A stretch of DNA of 64,000 nt, from contig NW_018408321.1 of the NCBI RefSeq assembly GCF_002113885.1, positions 212,471-276,470 of the forward strand, written 5' to 3'. This DNA is from Mizuhopecten yessoensis (Eukaryota). A program made the position numbers and the translations under genes. Shown here piece after piece: positions 25,141-38,700 of this stretch. The notes below the pieces were generated by a model that saw nothing but the letters and a program-made list of their open reading frames with translations, ran no database searches and was not told the DNA's origin. Position 1 is the first letter of the stretch. Each line of letters begins with the position of its first letter.

Positions 25141-25879
25141 GATTCTGAGATGAGAGAATTACTGTTTTTTGGGCCTGTGCATTTGAATCATAATCAACTA
25201 GGTCAAAAGTTTCAGATAAATGTGTGTTATTATATACAAAGCGTGTCCTGAATGAGTATTTGTTATGTAATATATTGGTTATCATTAAATTATGTTATTG
25301 CTTTGAGCATAATGTGTAAAAATAAAGAGGGAAACCATACACCATTGGTGCTTTTGTTTATGGTCTGTCATTCACACACAATTGTTTTGTTTATCCTCAG
25401 TCGTTTACTCACTATGGGCATCATTTATATGACTCTGTTACAAAGAGAACATATCCTATCTGCAGTATTAAACTAGGTTTCATTGAACACCTCATGTACA
25501 AGTGCCCTAGTAGGCAAAATATGCTACGTTTGAAATGATTAAGATATTTATTGACGAACAAAATCAGCAAGTTTTGTTTACATTTACAATAACTGAGCTA
25601 GGCACTTTCAATTGGTCACTTTAAATGAAAGACACTTATCTAGATGCTAAATTTGAGTACATTATGGTAACTTATAGAGACAACCAAGACAACATGTCAT
25701 AAATCACAGAGATGATAACTTGTACAGGTAACTGAGGTAGAACATTTAGGTCACAGACAATATTGACAAAGATTGATGAACCAAGTATTTAGCAACCAAT
25801 TTATATTGAAGTGTAAATGTAATGTCACCACTCTGATTTCAATCATGGGACATATTTTTTCAAGCTGTCTAGTAGTGCC

Positions 25880-26108
25880 TGTTACTATTAGGGTATATTC
25901 CCTAAAACAAGAAGGCCACCATCTTGGATTTTGACATTTGAAATTTGTTCTCACTATATCTCAAGAAATATACTGGATGGATCATTCTGAAATTTCATAT
26001 GTACATACAGTACCTACCATGGAGTGCTATATCCTTACTTCATATCAAGTACTTTAAACATATCCAGTCCAGGTGAGTGATACAGACCCTCTGGGCCTCT
26101 TGTTTAAA
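25880..26108 (+). mobile_element. 3' fragment of a HINE/Helentron-like element
   Basis: GGCCACCATCTTGGATTT core and the characteristic end CAGGTGAGTGATACAGACCCTCTGGGCCTCTTGTTT with a short hairpin. Confidence 0.6.
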
Positions 26109-26241
26109 ATTACAAAAGAAATAAAAACAAAAATTCTTTGATGATTTCAAACATTTATTTATCTTATCTTCTATAATTGAAGTTGGCAAACCACTGCTGG
26201 TATCTAACATGTACCTGGCTTATATCAGTACAGAGTGCAGA

Positions 26242-28490
26242 CTACTGGATATACAGCTGGAATAGCACTACCAAGGAGCTGCAATGATGGAGCACACCTT
26301 GTATGAAGTAGCTACACTGATGGAGCACACCTTGTACTAAGTAGCTGTACTGATGGAGCACACCTTGTACAAAGTAGCTACACTGATGGAGTACATCTTG
26401 TACTAAGTAGCTACACTGATGGAGTACACCTTGTACTAAGTAGCTACATTGATGGAGCACACCTTGTACTAAGTACCGGTAGCTACACTGATGGAGTACA
26501 CCTTGTACTAAGTAGTTGTACTGATGGAGCACACCCTGTACTAAGTAGTTGTACTGATGGAGCACCCCTTGTACTAAGTAGTTGTACTGATGGAGTACAC
26601 CTTGTACTAAGTAGCTGTACTGATGGAGCACACCTTGTACAAAGTAGCTACACTGATGGAGTACACCTTGTACTAAGTACCGGTCGCTACACTGATGGAG
26701 CACACCTTGTACCAAATAGCTACACTGATGAAGCACACCTTGTACCAAATAGCTACACTGATCGAGCACACCTTGTACCAAGTAGCTACGCTGATGGAGC
26801 ACACCTTGTACTAAGTAGCTACATTGATGGAGCACACCTTGTACTAAGTACCGGTAGCTACACTGATGGAGTACACCTTGTACTAAGTACCGGTAGCTAC
26901 ACTGATGGAGTACACCTTGTACTAAGTACCGGTAGCTACACTGATGGAGTACACCTTGTACTAAGTACCGGTAGCTACACTGATGGAGTACACCTTGTAC
27001 TAAGTACCGGTCGCTACACTGATGGAGCACACCTTGTACCAAATAGCTACACTGATCGAGCACACCTTGTACCAAGTAGCTACGCTGATGGAGCACACCT
27101 TGTACTAAGTAGCTGTACTGATGGAGTACATCTTGTACTAAGTAGCTACACTGATGGAGCACTCCTTGTACTAAGTAGCTACACTGATGGAGTACACCTT
27201 GTACTAAGTACCGGTAGCTACACTGATGGAGTACACCTTGTACTAAGTACCGGTCGCTACACTGATGGAGCACACCTTGTACCAAATAGCTACACTGATG
27301 AAGCACACCTTGTACCAAATAGCTACACTGATGGAGCACACCTTGTACCAAATAGCTACACTGATGAAGCACACCTTGTACCAAATAGCTACACTGATGG
27401 AGCACACCTTGTACCAAATAGCTACACTGATGAAGCACACCTTGTACCAAATAGCTACACTGATGGAGCACACCTTGTACCAAATAGCTACACTGATGGA
27501 GCACACGTTGTACTAAGTAGCTACACTGATGGAGCACGCCTTGTACTAAGTAGCTACACTGATGGAGGACACCTTGTACTAAGTAGCTACACTGATGGAG
27601 CAAACCTTGTCCTAAGTAGCTACACTGATGGAGCACACCTTGTACCAAATAGCTACACTGATGAAGCACACCTTGTACCAAATAGCTACACTGATGGAGC
27701 ACACGTTGTACTAAGTAGCTACACTGATGGAGCACTCCTTGTACTAAGTAGTTGTACTGATGGAGCACACCCTGTACTAAGTAGTTGTACTGATGGAGCA
27801 CACCTTGTATGAAGTAGCTACACTGATGGAGCACACCTTGTACCAAATAGCTACACTGATGGAGCACACGTTGTACTAAGTAGCTACACTGATGGAGCAC
27901 ACCTTGCACTAAGTAGCTGCACTGATGGAGTACACCTTGTATGAAGTAGCTACACGGATGGAGCACACCTTGCACTAAGTAGCTGTACTGATGGAGTACC
28001 CCTTGTACTAAGTAGCTACACTGATGGAGTACACCTTGTATGAAGTAGCTACACTGATGGAGCACACCTTGCACTAAGTAGCTGTACTGATGGAGTACAC
28101 CTTGTACTAAGTAGCTACACTGATGGAGCACACCTTGTACTAAGTAGCTACATTGATGGAGCACACCTTGTACTAAGTACCGGTAGCTACACTGATGGAG
28201 TACACCTTGTACTAAGTAGCTGTACTGATGGAGTACACCTTGTACTAAGTAGCTACACTGATGGAGTGCACTAGGTGCCTGGAAGCTTCACTGATTCAGC
28301 ACACCTAGTACCATTGTGCTACACTGGTGGAATACACCTTGTACCAAGGAGATACACTGCTGGAGTGCACCATTTAACAGTAAAAAGGATTTAAAAAGGA
28401 GATGATGGAGCACAACTTCTGCTGAGAAAATACCCTGACGGATCACATCTTGTATCAAGGAGGTGTACTCATGCAGCATGCCTTATACCA
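26242..28490 (-). repeat. 33-bp tandem array (with 39-bp variants), about 57 copies plus diverged flanks; long open frame on the minus strand
   Basis: Plus-strand unit ACACCTTGTACTAAGTAGCTACACTGATGGAGC; minus frame encodes (VLHQCSYLVQG)n. Protein-coding status is unproven. Confidence 0.95.
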
Positions 28491-29659
28491 AGTGTATATT
28501 TTTATTTCTTTTTTTACTGTATGAAACTCCATTTACAAACGAACTACATAATGTCTTATAGTATTACAAATAAATATCATTTGAAATCGGATGTAAATCA
28601 GCTTGGTAGTGTAATAAATCCTTCAGTGCTACACATGCATAGAAAAGCTAAACAGGACCAAGCTTTGTTCACAGACATGGTTCAAACAGCTTGATTCAGT
28701 ATTTGTGGATAGATCATGTTTAAAACTGCTTTAATAACGAGTCGGCTCACATGGTTTACAATAAATACGAGACATGGAGTACTCCCAACCTCTACTTAGG
28801 ATAAAATGGATCTCCACTAAGGAGAGGGTATACATGTTTACATCAGCTTTATTAATGTCAAGTTATAAATATATTGCATGAGAAATGTACTTCAACATCA
28901 ACACCTACAGCGTGTAGAAATGTACTTAAACATCAACACCTACAGCCAGTAGAAAATATCTAGCTAATACACGGACAAACTGGGATAACAAATCAACAAT
29001 CACAACATATATATTTAAAAACAATCAACCTTCAACCTTTTATAAGGATGTTAAGTTGGATGTGCAAATGTTTTTAGTCCACAATGCAACATCATCATAA
29101 ATCACTTCTCATCTATACTAAGTCAGTCAATGGAGTGTCATATTGACATGAAAAAGGACAACACATACACTGTGAATGATGTACACCAACTAACCAGTAT
29201 AATACATACAGGTTTATAGCATAGCCTCACTATGACCTTGTGGGGTATTAGCCTGTCTGCAGGTTAACAAAGTATCGTATTCATCTCGACTATATATAAT
29301 GCTCTGTATGACTATAGTTAACATATTTAGAAGTTCATCCTTACATATATTACTTTATAAATTCTATGTGGGGTCACTGTTGACAGGTGAACTACACAAT
29401 TATCTGGTATAATACTTCATAGTGTACTGTGATTACATACTGCGACTACTTGAAATATATTCGTAGCATCCACCACAACAGATAATATTACAAAAACAAT
29501 AGTATCTTGTTATTTGTATGGTAAAGTGCAGAAGATGGTATAAACAACAATTTAAGTAAAATAAAATAAAATGAATTTCTTCAGGTTTTAAATCAGCATA
29601 CCAGTAAGAGGCCTCGGATCAGACAGTAACACCTGGGCCAAATGGGACTAATAGAATCT

Positions 29660-29930
29660 CTAAACCCCCTTCAGTGTTGAGATAGGGGAATTTCAACCCA
29701 GTGTTTGGCAACTTAAGAATCTTTCCCCGAGGATTGAGATTCCCCTATCTCACCCACAAGGGGGTGAATGATTCTTTTTCTCTTACCCTGTTCACTAATT
29801 GTGTATCATATTCATAATGTTATGTTTATGTTACAGGCTAAATTCAGGGTTGACGTGACATTGATGGATTGTTGACGTGACATCATACCATTGTTATGAA
29901 CAGGGGAATCTCCCCCTCTCAATCCTAGGG
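29660..29930. mobile_element. Degenerate MITE-like fragment with internal inverted repeat
   Basis: GAGATAGGGGAAT (about 29680) and ATTCCCCTATCTC (about 29739) form an inverted pair. Confidence 0.45.
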
Positions 29931-30665
29931 TGAGACAAGGATATCTCACACTGGTAAAAGTGGGGATACACCTGTCCAGGGTAAGAGAAAAGGACATCTC
30001 ACACTGGTAAAAGTATGGATACACCTGTCCAGGGTAAGAGAAAAGGACATCTCACACTGGTAAAAGTGTGGATACACCTCCAGGGTAAGAGATAAGGATA
30101 TCTCACACTGGTAAAAGTGTGGATACACCTCCAGGGTAAGAGACAAGGATATCTCGCACTGGTAAAAGTGGGGATACACCTGTCCAGGGTAAGAGAAAAG
30201 GACATCTCACACCGGTAAAAGTGTGGATACACCTGTCCAGGGGAAGAGAAAAGGACATCTCACACCGGTAAAAGTGGGGATACACCTGTCCAGGGTAAGA
30301 GACAAGGATATCTCACACCGGGAAAAGTGTGGATACACCTGTCCAGGGTAAGAGAAAAGGACATCTCACACTGGAAAAAGTGTGGATACACCTCCAGGGT
30401 AAGAGACAAGGACATCTCACATCGGTAAAAGTGTGGAAACACCTGTCCAGGGTAAGAGAAAAGGATATCTCGCACCGGTAAAAGTGTGGATACACCTGTC
30501 CAGGGTAAGAGAAAAGGATATCTCGCACCGGTAAAAGTGTGGACACCTGTCCAGTGTAAGAGAAAAGGATATCTCACACCGGTAAAAGTGTGGATACACC
30601 TGTCCAGGGTAAGAGATCCACCTGTCCAGGGTGGGAGAAAAGGATATCTAACACCGGTAAGAGAA
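29925..30665. repeat. 53/51-bp tandem array, about 14 copies
   Basis: Unit CACACTGGTAAAAGTGTGGATACACCTGTCCAGGGTAAGAGAAAAGGACATCT; source of the overlapping spurious ORFs 29812-30685. Confidence 0.95.
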
Positions 30666-32773
30666 ACTTCAGTCTGAACGGACACACTGTTGACTCTGCT
30701 GTAGTAACAATGGCCCTGTATTTAACCCCATGTTAGGGTTTTAACAATAACAGACCTCACAATTCACTTACAACAGAGAATTACAAAAGTATAGAAGTTA
30801 CACAAATGCTGACGTTTAAACACAAGTATGACTAGGTAACCCAGCAGTTCCAACTCACTTCATAAAACAGGAATGTTCAACAATAGCATTTTTTATTTGA
30901 TTTGATGGAGAAAAAATGATGGGTAAATCATTGATTTAGCATGGTCAGATGAAAATAAATCAATTCTAATGGTATACAAACAAAACACAAATGATTTCCA
31001 ACCTTACATGATTTCATATTTGTATCCTGACAAGCATTTAAAAAAAAATATAGTACCAAAACATTATTTTTGGCAAATTTCCATGTTGCCATATATGAGA
31101 AAGATGAATCGGTATGTCCCCTTTCTGAAACCATATAATCAACATCAAACTGTTTAAGACCAAGTTATTCTTCTCAACATTATTTTATTCTGCTAATTAG
31201 GAACAATGCATCAATAGTACGCTGCACTCACACGTGACCAAAATCCAGGTATGTGTTATTCTTCAATGGTACTGTTGTGATGATTCTGATCATGTTCAGT
31301 TTTAATGGTATATCATTTAACCAGCCAAATGCATATAAATATGTATAATATACAATATCAGAGGGATAGCCTGTTAAGTGATGACAATCAAGTACAGCAA
31401 AACAACAATTAAGTTTCATAAATTATCTAACGGTATTACATCTCGTAAATGCTGTGTGTTTTACACTGACAAGGTATGTTGACCGGCGTTACACCATATC
31501 GACTTTTACAATTTACGGTATGTAAAATGTGCTGACCTGTATCACAACTCGTCCACTCTCCATCTTTAACACTGACAAAAAGTGTACTGTGAAAGTAAAA
31601 ACAGGACATGATACTAACCAACTTGCTATATCTGTTACATATTCAAATCTGGCACAGAAACGTAAACCTCAGGAAACTACATGTACAAACATAACATGGC
31701 AACGGGGTGTAGTCCGAAGTTCTATTCTTAAATGAAGACAACAAATGTTTGTTCACCTATTTAAATACTTAGATTTTTTTCGTGAAATGCTTAGTGAACA
31801 CACAATTCTTACGAACAAATTGTTCTTGTGTGACAAGATATATAATTTCAGTACCTATGACAACACACATAACAGGCTACACAACATGTCTCCCAGTAAA
31901 TACTAGTGTTCCACCTTAATATACAGAGGAAACTTAACACACAAATTAAACACAATAAACCAATATGTGTGTAAACAGGGTCTTATTTACTGCTAATATA
32001 GACACACAATTGTATGGTTTTTTATTCTGATGGTATATTGTATGAAAACACAAAGAGTTATAAAATCTTGATAAAATCCTTCTTTTAACAAAAAGATCTG
32101 ATTATTTTCTCATGATTCCATATCTCACAACCAGTTTTTAGAGTTACAAGGTTGAATCATTAAAAGATGAACATACTTTCCTTTTAAAATAATCAGTTTT
32201 CCACATTAAATGGGAATGACCTCTGATCCTGGTGACCTCTGACCTACCTAGTTAATTATAACCTATGACCTCTCACACAAGAACACTGTACCAATGAAAC
32301 AAATAGTGTTGCATGGTTCAGTGGACAATAAGATAATAATACAATATGAAAAAAGTTTTTAAAACAAACTGAAAGCTTATTGTCCATCTATTTTAACATT
32401 TGACTTCTGAAACTTATTTTTAAAATTTCAGATGAAATATATCTGAAAAGATCTGTGACCAGCCTATGATACAAATGCATAGCATTGATTTGCATTTCAT
32501 CAAACTGTTACAATTGGGTTACAGTTGAAATATGTCCTAAAACAATATCTACTCAATGGACAAGAACCTTGAAAATAATGAAATTGTAATACCAAGATGC
32601 TACAGTTTATTAATAAAACAAAACAGGCGGTTAGACTATTCAATACTGGGATGGGGTGGATACAGATTCTAACCACCAGCATTACTCACTGATATACATA
32701 ACGGTGACAAATGTCACAGCGTAATAACAAAATGAAATCAATTGGCTAACAGTAATGATTAGACGATGAGAGG

Positions 32774-35700
32774 TTATCGGAGGTCCTCCGAGTTGATTGT
32801 TTTCTTGATACGTAAGAGTATGGTAGTCGTCCACTGGTCCAGTCGGGAGATACTGTCGTATTCCTTCACTGCATCAGTGTATGTGTCCGTGTTCTGTTCT
32901 TCACATGCCTCCAATAGTTTCTTTGAACAGAAAATTTTTTCTTTACCTGATAATTGGTAACAAGAGATCCCAGAGGGACCTTGGCATCCACTATCTTCAA
33001 TCTAGGTAAGATAAATCTATTCCCTTCCCTTCTCTTATCTAATGCATTTAGTCATGTAAACAGTTAATGCACCTTGTGGTACCTTTTGATCAGAACATCA
33101 TATTGCTGTGTATGACCATATTTTTTCAAAGTGAGGTTGTCATTCAAACTATTTACTAGCACTGTACATAATGTGTAACAAAGGAAACTAACATTTGAAA
33201 TTGGAGAAAGATTTGTCAGATATTTTTTGAGAAATAATGATAATAAAGTGCAACTGTTGAAAACCAAGATGGCTGCCTCGTGGGCAGTTTTTTCTTCTGA
33301 TCAGTCTTGAAAGAAAACATGCACAACTTATATATAATTAGGACCAATGAAAATCAATATATTCCAGCACTTTCTGAGAAATAGTGCTAACAAACTTCAG
33401 CTTTTAAGATGGTCTCCTGTTGGCGATCTTGGTTTTATTATCAGTTCCAAGAATAAGTATGTACAAGTGCGGATCATGGGAAACGTACATATAAATTACT
33501 AACATTCAGTACTATCTGAGAAATTCAAGAGTGCTGCCTGTCAGTCATCTTGGTTTTCTGCACAGTCCAAAAATTCAATGTGCATAACTAAGGACAATGA
33601 AGAGCCTACAGTTGAGATTTTAAAAATCCCTCCATTACTTTCTGAGAAATATTTAACTCTCAAAATTTAGGATGGCCAAAGAAAACACTCTCAGTATTCA
33701 TTATGATCTGTTATGGAAGGAATTCATGCCACAAAATTTGACTCCGCAATTGATTATTATTACAACACGTCTACATAAAGAGCGTCTACATTAAGTAAAT
33801 TGGCCTGATTAAAGAAGTCTGTAACATAGCAGGTTTGTTTGATCCAGTCATGATGTGCATACCTTGACAAGTTTGCACTCCCTCGAGTCGGTAAACTGGG
33901 GAAATATGTCCTCAAATTTCTTGATTGCAATTTGAGCATTGAGTACATCTACACACATGTGACACATGGCTGCCTTGAAGAAGTAGTCCTTAGCACTGTA
34001 CTTGAGCAACTGGTTATCCATACAAGAAGTTCCAATCTGCAAGCAAGTATAACATATTGAAATTTCGGTTGGTCTAAGGGAGATAATTCAAAGAAAGTAA
34101 TCAAGTTTCTTCTGTATGAACTGTAATTATGTGTTATGTTAATTATCTTCATATTAATATAGTAATTAATAATGATTAAATTAAATTCCTATTAAATCTT
34201 ATAATTTATTCTGCTGAAAATACATAATTTTCTGTATGGAACCAATAAATTATGGTATATAGATAATGTCATGAAGAATTTATGTTGTTTTTGAGAGAAA
34301 ATATTTGTAGAACTGACCTGCTCATATATCTCTATTGCCTTTTCATACTGCTCCAGCTGGGCTGCATAATGAGCTACCTTTACTAAGCACTTATTGGCTG
34401 AACTGGAATGTGGAAATGAAGGTTTCTTAGACATAAACCAAAGATTACTTAACATATCAAAACATAACATTACCTTCTATATACATGCCTACTTTCCTGA
34501 AATATTCCCACAAAATGCCAGCAAAAAACAAAGAGAATTAAACTAGTAATAATGTGACATTGTGATAGCATTCTGGTATTGGTCATGTCTTTTTGTCAGT
34601 AGTGATATTGCCCATATCAAACATTTCCCAAAGAAAACGCTCTCAGTAATCATTATGATCTGTTATGGAAGAATTTCATGCCACAAAAATTGACTCAGCA
34701 ATTGATTATTATTACATAAAGATCATCATACCTCTTGGACTCCTCTCCTTTATAGTAATCAGCTGCTTGTTCATAGCTCGTTATAGCCTGAAACGGCAGA
34801 GAAGAGACAATGTACACTCTGGACTGAACTACAGAAGCGTGTACTGTATAAAAAGGAAATTTGTTCTAAGTTAAACCATGGACAAAGCGCTGATCATCAA
34901 GACTTAGTAATCTCAGCATGGTTCTGTTCAGCCATTTGACAAAAAAGAAATCAGCTGGTGATATAGTTTTTTTTATAACATCAAATCAATCTTAATATTT
35001 GCAGTTTAAATCACAACTAAAACGTGTTTGTGGCACATTCGTATATTCCCATTTCTGCTTTGATGACAACAGAACTAGAAGGAAGTTTTACCTAAAACGA
35101 AGATCTAAATGCAGTACACAGTCACCTTAAGTAAATGAAGCAAAAACAATATAGGTCATAGTGACCTACATGTGATATATTGGTTTGATGACTGCTGGAT
35201 TTCTATCATTATATATATATAGTAATGGTGCTTAACACTAAATTGACCAAGATGTCCACAATGAGATGCATTAGTATGGTATGAATAATAAATGTTAAAT
35301 TTGTTTTGAACACGAACAGAAATTGAAAACTTATTTTGCAGCTTTTAAAAACGCCTATTTCCATTGTGAAGCAAAGAGAGTAAATGACCCAGTGTCTCGA
35401 GACACTGATCAGTTGCACTCTTTGCTTCACATCGAGGCACTGGGTCATTTACACTCTTTACTTCACAACGGAAACAGACGTTTTTGAAAGCTGCAGAATA
35501 AGTTTTCAATTATTGTTTGTGTCCAAAACAAACTTAGCGTTTAATACCAAGATATCATACAGATGGAAGAAGCAAACACTGAATGCCCCATCCACATATG
35601 TTGCAGGAGCATAAAAATTTCTATATTTGCATTTATTTCCTATGGAGGCATCATAATACTTCATGATCATTGCAATGCTTTTAAATAAGCAAGGCTTACC

Positions 35701-38700
35701 TTTTCAATATCAACCAGTTCTGTTTCATAAATCTCAGCAATATTGACATGATGCTTCGCTGCAATTGAAAATCGTCCCTGGAAAAAAAAAAGTTTAATCT
35801 ATTATTTAAAGACAAAGACCAAATATGGGTTAATAAAATTGTGTAAAACCAAACCACAATTTAAGAGTATGAAAGTAGGAGGATTTATCTATTTTATAGT
35901 AAATTTACTATGTCTCTCAGTTGACAGGGTGATTCGATTCTCCAAACTAAAGATATTTTCTCCCAAACCCAAACTTTTCTGTACGGAACTAATCAATTGA
36001 TGTTTCCAAAACAACTCGGTAAAAACAGTGGAATCCAACAAGCTCCACTAAAACATAGTCAGGTTAAGAAGCTATCTCATTATATTTGTGTACTTAAACC
36101 CATTTGGCCACATACTCTTGGCCTAACAGCAGGACTCTTATTCATACACATACAGAGGAAACTGTGTCAGTTTGACTAATACACCACAAAATGTATACCT
36201 GGTAGTTTTATTCATAGATCTGAAGTTTGCCTGACGCTTTAATGTTCTTTGTGGACAAAATATATCTGAAATTCTTGCAGACATTATTCAGAATACAAAC
36301 ATGCTAAAAGCTTTAACTATTAAAACAAGGTAATAAATCCCTTAAAGTGTTTCAAATAATAAAGTACATGAAGTAATCTGTCTATGGACTCATAAGGGTA
36401 TAAAAAGGGGCTCCCGTGCTTAGGAATCTAAATTACAGCAGACACCACTTTCTGAGACTCTTTATACATACCATATCCGTATATATTTCTACAGCTTTCA
36501 ATAAACACGTTACAGCCTCTGAAAACAGTGCATCATTATAGAAATCAATTAATTTTTTAATTACAGTTATCAATTCAGTAGAGAAATTTTATATGTAACA
36601 AACATTTCTTTTTAAAATACTGAGCTGAACTTAATCATCACTAACGAAACATATTGGCCAAACAAACAAAAATAAGTGTTTCTAGGTCGGTCGGTGGGTG
36701 AGCCAGTAGGTAGGTAGGACTTCTTTGAAACTTGCCGAAACAGATTTGGGCAGGCATAAAACTTTGGTTAGATAGGGTTACCAGAAACACATATTTTTTG
36801 TTTGGCCTTTAGCTTATAAAAGTTTGATATCAACAAATATGATAACTAAAGTTACAGGCTGTAGCTGTTTTTAGGTATCAGTATGTTTATATAGCTGTTT
36901 TTAGGTATCAGTATGTTTATATAGCTGTTTTTAGGTATCAGTATGTTTATATAGCTGTTTTAATGACAGATAATATAGAAACCTGTCTACATAAAATTGG
37001 CTCCACCTGTAACAACAGTGCACACTAAGTGATACTGTTTATAAATACAAAAATGTGTGTATGATTAGAGCATCAAAGTTTACGTTTAAAGAGTGACGAA
37101 ATAACGATAGTATGGTAAACACATAGGGTTATAAATATAGGTAATTGATATAGGTTTACACCAAGATACTTTATATAGATACCAAAAAAAACTACTTATG
37201 CTCTGTATATATTAACAGACATTTTACCAATTTTAATCTTTTAGTTGTTCTTGATAAGAGTAGAATCTCTGGAGTTAAAACTTTTTACCACTTTTAACCA
37301 TTTCAGTTTCTTTGAATGTGTATAAAGTCTTTTGAGCTTTAGGCCCGGATTGACATTCTTGTGTTGTTGAGGGGCTGTTAAGTCTGTACAAAGTAGTTAC
37401 CGTTAGGGTCAGCCTTCCGATAACAGTTTCCAGCATCTACGTAGTCTGTAGCAGCCTGATGATTACTTCCAACCTTCAGCTGTAACAATGCTGCTTTACA
37501 AAAGGAACTTCCTGCCTCTGAAAATGTTGAAATTAAAAATGGTCGAGTTCATTAACAGGGTTAAACTAAACACCTAATTACCAAGTTCTGACAGACAACT
37601 TAACAGAATAACAAAGTAAAATAAAGTAACTTTCTAATGGTAAAAGCATGGTTTATACTATTACCATATATAGTAAACACAACACCAATGTATTAATATC
37701 TACTATATTCAACAAATTGTTTTCTACATGTACACACCTCCAGATTTCATTGTAAATGGGCATATAAACACATGCGTTTAAAACCCAACACTTTTAACTG
37801 TCATTTCACATTTTTATTTTTTTTATTTTGTGCCTAAGTGATGGGTAGTTCTAGATTCTAAAGAAACCATGAACAAAAGTTGGTCAAGAATTTGTTTACA
37901 GCTCTCCTGCTTGTTTGCATGTTCACCTAGAAATGTCTCTTAAACATTTCTCATGTTGTAAAGTTAACATAAATAGATTAAATACCAAATGAAAGTGAAA
38001 CTGAATTGAATGCTCGTATATGGTTTATACCGACCAGCCCATTTCTTCCCCATCTTGAACATGTTGGCAGCTCGTACATACAATTCTGCAGCATCCTCAA
38101 GCTTAGTCTGTGACCTGCCATCAACAAAATAACAACATTTTTTATTCATGGCTTTATATAAAAAACCCACATCATTTATCAGTATTTCAAACATATTTAC
38201 TTAAATAATGAATTTGAAATATTTCATCCACTCTATCTAGCCTTGTTTGCTTTATGTTTATAATTATATTTGATCAGGGCAGGTTGTTTAACTCTACGAC
38301 TATGACAAGCTAAGCTAGTCAATCTATAGGATACACTAAATAATTAATTTTTGAGTTTAGTTAATTATGAAAATGCATCTGTATTGCAGATTCAGCTAGG
38401 ACTGGATTGTTTTCCAGTGATTGACCAGGTCGCTCAGTTTGTAGTGTCTGTATCAAGTTAATTTTTAAGATTGAATCTCGGTCAGGTCTGTTGCATTTGT
38501 AACATGAGAAAGAGAAATGCAATGACCAGGTCAGGGTTCAAACTCTGAACACTCCGAAATCTAAACAGACACTCTACCAATTGAGCTTTCTGGTTACACA
38601 GACAATGGCTCTTCTCCATGTCTTCATTCTGATCATTGTTAAATGACAAACATTTCAGTACTTGTACAAGAGGTTTTGATAATTCTCATAAGTTGTTTAA

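Noticed and set aside
23700-30665. CRISPR-like appearance of regular arrays
   Set aside because: Head-to-tail repeats without unique spacers, no cas genes, eukaryotic context.
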